From NCBI GenBank assembly GCA_965285935.1, contig OZ260661.1:51956001-52020000 (forward strand): 64,000 nt of DNA. Direction: 5' to 3'. This DNA is from Ophelia neglecta. Its lineage: Eukaryota. Below, piece after piece: positions 47,842-60,495 of this stretch; within the stretch, counting starts at the first letter, position 1, and every line of letters begins with the position of its first letter. The notes under the pieces are model-generated. The model made no database searches. It was not told the DNA's origin and saw only the letters and a list, made by a program, of their open reading frames with translations. A program made the position numbers and the translations under genes.

Positions 47842-50800
47842 TATCTCATGAATTCACCAGAGTTATAAAGAATGCGAGAGCGGAAGGATTACCGTCTTGA
47901 TCTAAAAAAGACTAGTCTTTTTCATTTTTTGTCTGAAAAAAGCAGAAAAATAGTGAACTTTTGCGCCAAACCAGCAATAATACTCGTCCCTTAAGACCTC
48001 TTATTGTAAAAATCCAAAAATAGGTTATGGCCCAACATTACTCTAAACCTAAGGATGCATCCTGTATTAGATATGCGTCTTTTAGGCCTATAAGATCATT
48101 TACGGTAAGCGTTAAGTTTGAGCAGAGTGAGGGCAGAGCGCGCACGCATTATGGGGTGTACGCGTTGTACACACAAAATGTATGTGAATTTCAAGCATTA
48201 TGAATGCAAAGGCAAATTTAATATGGTTTGGGGGAGCACAGGTAAAATTGTTGTGCAACAATAAATATGATAGGGATGTGTACCGCCGCCCTTCTAAGCC
48301 CACAAGTATAAATCGATGTACATCCCCGTAATTAACAGTTGGACTCTTCTAGTCTGGCGCAATTAATCTCAAGATATCATTTCTGGTGCAAACAATCTGG
48401 GCCATTGCCCCTGTAAACATTATATTCATACGCTACTGACAGGTTCCCAATATTGTGGTTAACAGTCCTCGGATCTTGCCATGGCCACGTACAGCAAATA
48501 GAGTATGCTGGCAAATCTGTTCAGGTTTCTTGTGTACACATGTTTTTGTGTATGCTTATAGCAAGGCATCTCATTATCAAATTGGCACCTTCCCTTAGGC
48601 TTGTTTGAAATTCTTGACCATCTGTTCTTGTCGGCCCGATACCCTGCGAACTTGACAACAGCCTTTACTTGTTTTCTTCTAATTTGTTTTCTTCTTACAT
48701 GAAGTTAATTCTTAAATTACAGTTGCCTTGAATAATCTTATAATTCTGGCCGTTTATCCATAATTTTCTTTCGGGCATGGATTTATAAGGAAGTCACTGA
48801 GCGCCCCCTCTCCAACTGCTCATTATATAGGAAGAGAGGAAAATTTTGCATTGAACAGAAACCTTCGAATTCGGCCATTCTGCCATTCTCCAGAGTTCGT
48901 TATACCAATACCCCCTCATTGCATAAAATTGATGGCCGGAGTTACTTTTGCGGCCCACATAATAAAGTGACAATGGACACAATGTACAATATTCATGTAT
49001 ATGTCATTCTGTTAAAGCTTGCTCACGTGCTCCGCGGTTACCCGAGTGCCTGAGTAGATATGTGAAGGACCGACACTTAGGCGATGGCAACTGCCGAGTC
49101 AATGTCTCACGAGTGTTTACCTGGAGTAGACCATGACATTTAGAATAATACACCTTTACCCTTTAAATACCACTTGCAATTTAGAACTTGGTCGTGGGAG
49201 CCTTTAAAATGGATCATTTCGGTAACTTGAGTTTACCCCTTGAGTAGACTCGATGGCAGGAAATTGATGCGTATCTTGTAATTATAGTGATTGATCAATA
49301 AAATTGCAATTGTGTGGCGACTTTTACAACTATTCCTTGCAGTTGGGACACCTATCGATTAATATACAATCCCCTAAATGAACTACTAACCATATTTGTC
49401 CACACCCATATTATCTAATTGCTTGTACATGTATCTCAGTACACGAGTGACTTAGTGCACTGGACCCAGGACAGGATTAATGGAGGGTTTTGTAGCTATA
49501 CCCATCGGTACCCTGCGGCCTCAAAAACGGCACTATCATACGCCTATGAGTATTTTTCCGGAACTCATCGCTGATTTACTTAAATTGGGATTCTTACTTG
49601 CGGCTCAAGCGTCTAACAAGACAAATCACTCTCAGCGCTCGAATGCGACTGAACTTTTGTTTTAATGGTGTATTATGTCTATGATAGAATGAAAGTTTAG
49701 CAAGTAGGGAATAATGACCACTTATCTGGCTGCCACATCGTAATTTCCAGAAAAAAGACTTGCCAATCCGCTCATTATTTTTTTCGTTTATATAGACACT
49801 CTATCTTCATACAGTTCAAGAAGTATCGAGGTTTACATGGAGTAGGAGGAGATAGTTACAGCATTGACCCCTTGCTTGATGAGGCCCTGTACACACGTTG
49901 AAGGCCTTGACAATATCGGTGATTGCTCGCAAGTCGAGTGCCATCTGACTCGGCGCTACGCGGGCAGGTATATAGTGTGGCCACACAGAGACAGGTAGAG
50001 TCGGGCGGGTAACAGGGTAATGGCTGAATGGTGGCAGTAACAAAGTAAAATGTGGCTTTGGAGCTGGCTATTTGGTGCACCACCCCCGCGCTTCTATTAA
50101 GTCATTTCCTTTAGTTAGGCGCCGATCCCAATAGACTGATTCAGCAGGCTACTAGCCAGATCCGGTAAATGTCGTTGTACCCTTCTTTAGATGATTCAAG
50201 GAATTTGTGGGATTCGGATTCTTTTCTTTGCCAATGCTGAAGGTGGAGTGATTACTAGGAACATTCACATGATAAACAATAATAATTGCGCGCTAATAAT
50301 TGCGACTAATCTGTCTTGCCTGGCAACGCGGCCTAAGAGGAGCATGTGAAAACAACAATTTGTGCCAGCAGACGTCATTCACAGCGCTTGAAAATACTTC
50401 TAAAAAAGAGCGATCGAATAGGATAACCAAGTTATCTAAACGAAATATTCATTGATTGCGTGACTGTGGAGGTTGGAGTGAGCAGCAGGGTTGTATACAT
50501 GCTAGCTCCGATTTAAGACCTTTATACCACTATTTAAGGCTCTGACAGCATAGAACAGAGCAATGTCCACGCGCGTATATACATGAAACCGGTAAATCTA
50601 TGGGACCTGTTTCAAGGCGGTGTCCGGTATGTAGCTGCAGATCGAAACAAGCAGAACAGCCCAGACAACCATGTCCCAAGGCGGAGACTGAGTGATATGG
50701 AATTCTGATGTATACCCTAAACGCACGAGCGGAGTGGCGATGTAAACAACTCTCAATCCTCCCGCTGGTTCTGTCCATATGGACCGGGCCTCCAGGTAAA

Positions 50801-53576
50801 TGGCAAACATTTGATTATCCTCTTAATATTTTACGCCCTATAGTAGGCCCTATTCATAATTGATAAACAATAACGTTACTCTCATCCAATTACACAACTG
50901 ATTAATATCACATTGTCGATACTGTTATTGCAATAATCTAATGTAGACACACCATAGAATGTAATAAGGGTCCATGCAGCAATTTGCAAATGACCGGCCA
51001 CCAATGGCTTTTTCCTGTTTTCATTTGACATTTGGGCAGAAAGTTCATAATCGTGTGGTGACGTTAGACCCGTGACACTCCTGTTGACTAACAGTCTTGT
51101 CGAGTCCACGATTTTTATATATGTTCCGGTTGACCTTTATACTCTATGTCCCCTATTATGGGACATAGAGTTCATTAAGTATGTCGTCAAGCCAGTGGAT
51201 ATAAGATTGACGTACAAGCCCGCGTAGATCCACGAAAAATCCGCGCATATCCACGAAATGTCCGCATAGATATATGTTAAAGGTTTACAATCGAACCACA
51301 TGGAAAGGTAGAATTTATTATATTCGAGACTCCATTGCTAAGTTAACGAATGCGTGATGTGATGATGATGAATGACTGTATAGTATAAGCAAATAATGAA
51401 GGCCGTTGAGAGCATCATGGTGAATTATATGACCCCCTTGGGTTATATGCCCAATAGAGATATAGCTGAGGAATGTAGCATTTTATGGTTTATTCCCAAG
51501 GGGATAATGATTTATCATGTTTCCCTATATTATATATAATTTAATAGCATATTGGACAGGTTTATGCATTTAAAGAGCTCAGTTAATTGGTGAATGAACA
51601 GAACTAAAATGTTTCAGTTGCAATGAAACAAATAAGAGTTAGTTTTAGGCTTAATTCTTTCATACTTTTTCACTGTTCCAAATTTTAAATGAGCTTAACA
51701 ACTTTTTCATGGTAAATAGCTTATTAAGCTCCGACTTATTATTACTGTTTTTCAAAAAAGGTAATAATCGTGATGAAGCCACAAATAAGTAGTTTATAAT
51801 CAAGCACTTTTGACAACACATTAGTACTTGAGGTTATATTGGCCGGTCAGTAGCGCTAGAACATACTAAGGACTGGTCAAGACCTACTTGACTATTGACT
51901 GGCATTCCAATTGCCGGAAACAGTCCGTTCCATAACACCCACGTGACCTTGTCTGGACCAATGAGGGCCTTCAATTCACTCTAGGCATATAATAAAATAA
52001 CATCTTCATCCAATTCTTCCATCGTGAATATTGCTAAATTCGACTGATAACAATCAGAACCTGTTTTGTATGCTATCGCGAATATATATTTTGATAGGAT
52101 GGCTCTCCGAGCATGACTAGAGCGTATAAAATGGCGTGTTCATCATTTTTTTCACCATGTATAGGCCTATGTATAATCATGTTTAATCATATCGACAAGT
52201 GTGTATTAGCAACCATTTGTAACCAATTGGTCGCAAATAATCACAAAGTGTTTTTTAAATGTCCCTATTGGTCCCCGAAATTTCCTTATATCAATATCAA
52301 TGTCTTTCAATAAAACTGTAGAATTCTGATAAGTTTTAGTCTTAACGCACGTGTTCGGACGAAGTCCTATAGTTAGGTCGTAGAATTACTAAGATTTCTC
52401 CACCTAGATTTATCGGGCATTTCTTGGAACAAAGCTGGCTTTTCGTGTGACCACAAGGACTTATCTGGTTGATCTAACTATATCTCCACAGGGCTAGATG
52501 ACCAAAGTAATCTTGTGCATGTTGATACCCCTAGGCGAAATTTCCGGCTTGACATTCGCGAGTGCCCTGGCGCTTTAATCCACTAATAATGACTCTATTG
52601 AATCGGGCTTTAGGAAGGAAACTATATAGGGCTAGTGAAAAAGCCTATTGGAGTGTTGGCCACAAGACAGTATTGTAATGCTCCACAACTTCGTTGCTAT
52701 TTTCCTTGCCGCTGGTACAGTAGGCGGATTGTAACAGTGTAATATACCTGCTTAGCTTAAATGTCCTTCGCTAACCAATAACATTATGTCAGTAAATAGC
52801 TGACAACATTAAAGCTTATTTTATTATGAAGTCTAATGGCGTGAGCCCAACACCTTGTGGGAAGCATTGCCTCCCTTCTTCTAACCGTCTGATTATCTGT
52901 AAGGTATATATTAAAACGCGATAAACTTCATGTCCCGACGGGTGCCCCTGGATGAGATTTGAATTACGCATGCTATCAGCCTAAAGAATATAACCATTTT
53001 CGTCCTTTCAGGAATATCTGTACAAATGAATGACGGAAATGGCGTATCCGTTTTGCCAAGTGAGAAACACGAGGCCCGAGGAGCGACTAGCTTTGTCAAA
53101 TGGTTCGCCTGCGTCACTCACTCCGGAATTCTAAGCTGCTTGTGTGATTTAAACCGGAGGAAATAATCATATCACACGTCCAAACGTTTTTTCTAATGAA
53201 CAATGACGCGTAAGCAATGCCATTGTGTTAACTACCAAGCTTTATACATATATATTATATACCACCTGGAACCAATAGAATTATTGAAATGACGTTATTA
53301 GCCCATATGAGGCGACTTACTCGTCATCTTGTTTGTCTGACAATCTCCAACTTAGTCTTATCTCAAACTTGGTTGATTGACTGACAGTTTTAGCAAATAG
53401 AGAAAAGTGCATACCGTGATTTATCAGGTTAAGAAATGTTCTTATAATCGGCAATAATGGCGCTGCTAAAGACAAGCTGACGGCAGGACTTGCGAGCAGA
53501 GCCAGAAACGCCTTGCCGAGTTAAGATGTCGTTAGGAGTGAGTTGACAGACGACGAGGGAACCTGAAGTAGGCAAC

Positions 53577-55607
53577 ATGTCTTCTGCGGAAATCACTGGT
53601 GTTACGCTGAACGAAACTTTAGGAAATGTAACACTGAGTCTACACGAACAAATAATCAGTCTGGCAAACACTCTCTATTACATGGTGCTAATCCCGGTGG
53701 CATTTGTAGGCAATACCTTATCAATTGCCGTTGTGTGCTTTATTGCTCGGAACCAACCCACACGGCGCTCGATCCCCGACTTTTGTTTAGGCATCCTTGC
53801 GGGGTTGGACCTGTTCTCGGTACTTTTCGTCCATTCCTTGACACTAGGAGCCATGGCCCGAGGGACGTGGCTTTTTCCGACCTGGGTCTGTTTCTACCAG
53901 GCGTTCGCTTCTAGCACATATCTCAAACTTGAATTCCTAGTGCAGGTGGCAATCTCTGTGGACAGGTACTTCGCGGTAGTCAGGCCTCTCAGATACCATC
54001 GAGTCAGCTCCCTCAAGACAATGAGGATCATCTTAGCCATTATAGTTCTCATCAGTTTTGGCACTACAGCTTTATCGATCGGATTAGATACGGGCACGGT
54101 GACGTACGTGGTGACATGGAGATTTTGTATTCTGGGCGTTCAGGCGAAAAGATCGGCGGACTACGTTGTTATAACTTGCACGGGTTTAATTTTTGTGTTT
54201 GGCTTCATAGCATTTATATTTTGTAACTTCTCTCTGGTGCGAATATTGCGCGACTACCATGATCGTAAGACTGACTATTTACTAAAAGAAATCTCGCACG
54301 CGGTGCACACCATGGCCAAAGACCCCAGGGGCAATAAGCTAGCATCTCCGACAAAAGCGCAACATCTGCTGCTCGTTCCAGAAAGCACTCTTGGTAAAAA
54401 CCCGAGAGCCGGGCCCAGTGTATCGTCAGCTAGAGGCATGTCAAACCAATCAGTGTCTTCAGGTATTCCTACGCGTCTGGGAAATTCAACCTCAAGCAAT
54501 AAAATTAATGGAACTGCGGGAGTACATACGCCCAACATTGGAGTGTGCCAATCAATGCGGGATCAATTAAATCCAGGAAACAACATTGATAAAGGTGAAG
54601 CAACCAACTTAGTATTACTAACTAATCACATCGCACCTGAACTTCGGCAAGACAACATCGTCAAGATTGAGAGTTGTGAGCAGACGGATATAAACTTGGC
54701 TGGTGCGAACACCCATGAAGAACGGGAAATGGTTCATTTACAGATGCCCGGGATGCAAACGAATCTAGATGATAGGTTAGACAGTCGTTTCGGCCAATTA
54801 ACCACAAGCAATCAGGATGTTAATAAAGTTTTCACAAGTGAATCGTCCATAGATTCAGCGAGCAATTTATTGGGAATATCACCATCGTTGTTTCTGAGCG
54901 AGGCCACTTGTTATTCTAATATTCTGTCAGATGCCCTTGAGACCCCTGAAGGGACGGGGTCACCAAAAACACACACTACACTGATTGACTCTGATGAAGA
55001 AAGCTTTGATGACAACACAACCCCGCCCGCCCACCGAGGCAGGTCCCGTAGTGTGAGTAGTTGTAGCAGTGCCGAAAACAAAAATCTCAAATATGAAGGC
55101 ATTAAAAAGAGTGCCAGCTTTATAGTTACAAAGAAAATAACACCACGGGAGTATAATGTTAAAAGCTACTCAGACAGTTTCACTCCTGTAGAACCTATTA
55201 CTGTTGTCGTTACACTAGTCAATCAGCCGACTACCTGCCCCCCCGTTGAGACATTAAAGGCCGAACCGAATCGGAGTCCAAGCCAGGGGAAGCTTTCGGA
55301 TCGTAAGAACCACCTCGATCTTCCAAGCCTTCCCACTATAACGGTGTCCAGCGACGAGTCTGCAGTGCCCATTGTAATCACTGATCCTGAGAAACTGGGA
55401 CCCACACGCCCGAATCGCTTAGACATTAGATCTTCCCTTACCTCCATCGGACTTCAACCCGAACACGTGATCCATTTCCAGCAAAATCTTCAAAAGTTTT
55501 TGAAAAAGGTACAAAAGAAAGCCAAACGACAGAAGAAAGAACTCCTTCTTGCCAGACTTGTGATTTTCTGCTCTACAATATTTGTTGCGACCTGGGTTCC
55601 ATATATA
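53577..55607 (+). CDS. Class A (rhodopsin-like) GPCR, prostanoid/EP4-receptor-like; coding exon 1 (TM1-TM6)
   Basis: 677 codons. N-glycosylation sequons NET/NVT, GN (TM1), LAGLD (TM2), Cys plus DRY (TM3), TWRFC (ECL2), FCN (TM5), WVP (TM6); donor ATA|GTAAGT at 55608. Confidence 0.9.
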
Positions 55608-57653
55608 GTAAGTTTCCTGCTACCTAGTAATTGAGATTTGTTCATCTGCCCCTTTACCAAACGACTTACCATTTTTTACTATGTATGTCTATATTCCATC
55701 TGTACGAAGGTAACAAGTTAGCACGTTGTCGAGTAGGTAAAGGGCATCTTTTTGGCCGCACTTATCCAAATGTTCCTTCCAATATCATTCGCATTATTCT
55801 AGAATAGGGTTGCTGATTTTTTCTTCTGAAATGAGTACCACCGCGCCGTGTTTAGTCTAAAAGTAAACAGGCCTACCAAACCTATAGTTTGAACCCTAAT
55901 AACATTCCTTATCATAGTATGTGGGTACAGTACAACAGCAAGAAACAAACTATTACGGGGAGGGGGGGGGGGGGGGCAATTTGCAAGAGTTGTTTCTGTA
56001 TACTGATAGAAGGGATAAATAAGGACTTGTCACTGCTTCTTTTTTTCATAATTGACTGAGTTTTCGTCGATTAGCCTTATCGGAGCTGACTACATACGTG
56101 GGCGTGTGGCTGGTGGTTCCTAAAGGTTTTTAACCGATTTGATCGACTGTTCTGGATTAATGACTGCCTTGTCTGACGGGCAATCATTCCAGTTTTTTTA
56201 AAGGTGACGCTAGGTGGGCCCTTGCCGTATGGGCTAATCCTACAATCTCTAGAGACTGTGAGACTTGTAAGCCAGCGGTTTACCATGTTTCTGAAAGCGG
56301 CAAAGTGCAAAGTGTTTTAAAGTATATAGATTATCATGCGAGTAACCATGCATGGTGCTAATAAAATGTAATAAAACTCTCAACAGTTTGTTGAAAAAAT
56401 TAATCAAATTTGTATGGCTCGATATAGAAAATGATAACAAAGACCTTCACATTATACATTCTGAAGCCAAAATCGTTGACACCTGCATGGAACTTTGGGT
56501 TGGAATGGGTAGGAATCAATAATTGCCCCTGATATAAGGTCACAGGACGCAATTAGCCGAATAATATTTCGACATGAAATGAAATATTTAAATGTATTGC
56601 TCATATTTACCTAAAAAGCAACTATATAGATCGACCTATCTACTAGATAAAACTCAACATCTGTTAGCATCATAGTTGTTTTGGTAACTATGTTAATTAC
56701 TGAAAGGAAACTATACACTCGTTAATTATGAACAACATAAACCTTAACATTAAGACCGCGTTTTGGAAAGACCAACTTAAATCCGATACCCAAGACAGCC
56801 ATGACTCTTCTATATATAGCTGTTATTAGTCCTCCCAAGGGCTGTATGGCCTTTTAGTTGTCAAAGTTTGCTGCCCGGATGGCCATTTTATGACATGCCT
56901 CTCTCTGTAAATAGTCAAACGAAATGTCGAGGTAATGTCATTTGTCATGCGCAGTGCATGCGCTGATGGCATAGAAGCGCTTTACATTTATCCGACTAGA
57001 CAGAATGTAAATTTCGGATATGTGTGGTATCCGTATTCGCGGTGCGCGCTGGACGTTTTGATCCAAAAAGCAGCACCATATGATATGTAGGATTACTGTA
57101 AAGGGCACTGTCTTTGTTGCTGGAAGACTTTACGCTGACCCTAGCAAATCATGTCGTGCTCCACAAAAGGAAATTGCATGGTCTTTGAAATAAGGGAGTG
57201 GATACCAGGCAAAAAAAAGAGCCTATTTCTATCATTTATAGTCTTCCACGAGTCTCCATTGCGTGTGATTTGCTTATTCAATATACCTGTGTAATAATAT
57301 TAGACTCTGCATTTCCTTAAAGCTCTATTGACCATCAGAGTCCATAACCATAGGCCTGTAATTTGGACAACAGGGATAAGTCTTTTACAGGAATCAGAGG
57401 GTAGAGCTCGTACTTTTAAATAGGTCACATGTTTTGAACTATATAAATCGGCATATTGCTATCAAGGAATATTATTAAGGTTTAGGTTACCGAATTTTTG
57501 TTAGATATCTGTCGAAACCTTACTTGTAAATGTTAGATTAATCGTACTATTTCATATTATTTATTGCTGGTTTCTTGGAAGAACAGCTTCGCTGACCATG
57601 GTATCCCAAGGAAAACTAAGTAATGAATAAGTGACTTATTAATGTTTTTCCAG

Positions 57654-57852
57654 GTTGTGTTGATATTAGGTTTGGCGAATGCGACTGTCAGTCAGGTCGC
57701 CGAGGACGTGGCTTTGAAGTTGGTATTTGCAAACGCCATGTTGAACCCGATCTTTTACGGATTATGCAGGAAGAATTACCGAAAAGGATACAGCTACATT
57801 AGTCAGTTATTCTTCCACTATGTCAGCTGTGGGCTTGTGCATAAACCTGGGG
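57654..57852 (+). CDS. GPCR coding exon 2 (ECL3, TM7, helix 8); terminal exon unresolved
   Basis: tttttccAG acceptor in phase 0; VVLILGLANATVSQVAEDVALKLVFANAMLNPIFYGLCRKNYRKGY (NPxxY). Strong donor G|GTAAGT at 57853; unspliced read-through would stop at 57896. Confidence 0.88.
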
Positions 57853-59369
57853 GTAAGTGGTTTTTTATCTATACATCTTTGAAATTTAATTGTTAACTTA
57901 TTGCAGATCAATCATTTGATACTCTTTCCTCCCGTATTAAAAATGTCGGAACATAATTATGTGTTACAAATAACCGTTCTGAAAGGTATCTCCTTTATTA
58001 TTCTGCATGAATCTGGTCTTTTGAGGTACACTTGTGTAGGTTCCGAAATCGTATCCAAGCCTTTTACCATTGACTCCAAATGACGCCCGTATTACAGATT
58101 TTACAGAAGTTTTTTAGAGCAATAAATCTCGCCCGTGTATAGGCATGCCCTCTGTTCTACCGTCTGATGTCGTGGTTTCTTCTTGCCAATAAACTTGGGT
58201 GTGAGGAAAGTCTGATACATGCACCAATCTTAATGGCCAACCCGTATATACCGTAACCAGCATACCTGTGTTGTACCTTACATATTGTCGTTTTAAATAT
58301 CATCAGTACCACGTTTTTCGATTCGATCCCAGCTTCCTGGTGTGTTACAATGGATTGTAGGTGGGCCAACGGGTTCTAGGTAACAAAGCAGCATGAATAA
58401 TGGATAAACCACATGGAATGGTAAATGCGGAGCCGGATTATCCAAGTATATGGGTATAAAAAGAAGGTGTTTACAATAGTGCATAAACCTTTTATATTTA
58501 TGTTCTGTATGGTGGAAAAAAATCGTATTACAATACTATTTGTAACATAGTATAATCTTGAACGCAATGCCGGAACTCGGTACATTCTGGTATGGAGAAG
58601 CGATGTGTGGCAAGGCAATATTATAAGCATTTTAGGAATTGTATGATGAAAGACAAAATAAACACGTTCGCAACCACAACGGATCCCATTCCATACCTTG
58701 AAATGGTGTCTAAAAGCTAAAACGGGTCCTATTCGTGAGGTGGCTAAAATGTTGGGGATCTATGTTCCGCGGGAACATATATCAACCTAGAATGTGTTGG
58801 CACACCTAAAATCTATTTTATCACACCGCGAAGCTAGGATCGAATCGGTACGGTGAATAAGTATTTGACTATATAGGAAGCAAAGTCGTTTTCTTTTTGA
58901 GTTGGCGTCAAGAATCTTCAAACCCACGGTTCTATCACACCATCAAGCTTTGTGTTCAATTAGCAATTAGTCCATTCTCGGTATGAGAAGCATTTAACGA
59001 AATCAAATCCACTCACCATTACAAACATTATTCATAAATTTGAAAATAGAAATGTTAAAACAACTCAGGCCTTTGCCGCCAGAGTACACGTGACCCACAT
59101 TTCGTTTTCCCGTTAACAAACTCACATGTCTGGTCTGGAGAGTATGTAACAGAACATTTTCTTCAGATTTAATCCGACATCAATAAGTGACATCCGACAT
59201 TGGAAGGGGGGGGGGGGGGGAATGTGTAACAGCCATTATAGTCGATTATAGTCAACTAGGCCTATATGCCTATATATATACGAACTCTAATGTGATTGGA
59301 TTGATATTCGTATTTAATATCTTTTTGTGAAGCTATAGCACCTGTAGGCCATTAATTATCGCCCAAAAC

Positions 59370-59580
59370 TGCGGTAATTCGTACATATCAGAAATTTTGA
59401 AGTTTACCTTCAAGGTTTAAAGTCAGAAAATCTTCTCAAGGTACCTAGATTGAGACTGTTGGGGATAACGTTTTCTCTATTTATCGACCTAAGCTCTGGA
59501 ACCAGTTGCCAAGCAGCCTAAGATCTTTTAAGTCAGTAGAAGCCTTTAGATCCAGGCTAAAAACTCATTGAATTGCCGAT
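59370..59580 (+). mobile_element. L2 LINE 3' fragment
   Basis: NLLKVPR...TVGDNVFSIYRPKLWNQLPSSLRSFKSVEAFRSRLKTH. Confidence 0.75.
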
Positions 59581-60391
59581 TGGCCGAAAATAAACGTGTG
59601 TAATTACATTCTTAGTTCTTTTTTTTGATTCGTTTTGTATGAAACTTGCAGCCTGGTTAAGGAATCTTTGATTTTTAGAAAACTAATTGTCGCTGCAAAA
59701 GCATCAAATCATAATTCAAACGAGATTCGAATAAAGCCTTAATGGAGTAAGGCACAAAACATTTGGTGAATTCACAAATGAAATATAAACGAAATGAACT
59801 ATATATCCGTACAATTTGACTCGACGCGACCCTGCCATGTCAATATTGGCAGCACTACTAATCAGAAGAAAAAATATAGTATATAGCAAATAAATTACAC
59901 ATTGGTAGACATAACCCGGATAAAAGTGTGTTAGTATACAAGTATAATATGTGCTTAGTAACGTCATATAGCTGTTAATAGGGAAGACCCAAAAATGATG
60001 TAACTTTGAGTTACCAGTTGCCACCCCCCCCCCCCCCCTCCAAGGTTGGCAAATAAAATAAATTATATTGCACATTTTGTCGCTTTCTATGGCCTTCATA
60101 ATTAAAAAAGATATATCATTCTTTAACACTTCTTCCCTGAGTTTGAATTGTCTTTAAATGCATGCCTCCATTTTAAACATCTTCGCCAGATATTCTCAAT
60201 AATACAATATTTAGAGCCATGTTAATTATAATTGAATGTCTATATTTAAGACATGTCAGATATGCTAGTGCATGGGGATAAAGGATATATACCTTTAATA
60301 CATATCAGGTAGGTCTACCGTATTATCTGGGTCCTGAGGCAAACAATCATTCTACCTATTGTCACTAACGCGCTATCATTATTTACTTAAC

Positions 60392-60495
60392 TGGTCAGAA
60401 AGGGTCAGCTGGTAATGATCAGAAAGGGTCAGCTCGTAATGGTCAAAAAGGGTCAGCTGGTAATGGTCAAAGAGGGTCAGCTGGTAATGGTCATC
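60392..60495. repeat. 24-bp tandem repeat, ~4 copies
   Basis: GGTCAGAAAGGGTCAGCTGGTAAT repeated. Confidence 0.9.

Noticed and set aside
49800-51110. Short minus-strand ORFs as exons of a gene
   Set aside because: No recognisable domain and no consistent splice or frame chain.
16200-53400. Conserved miRNA hairpins in the intergenic region
   Set aside because: Partial matches to let-7, miR-92 and miR-133 5' ends did not extend; a by-eye scan is not exhaustive, so a MirMachine/Infernal search is still needed.
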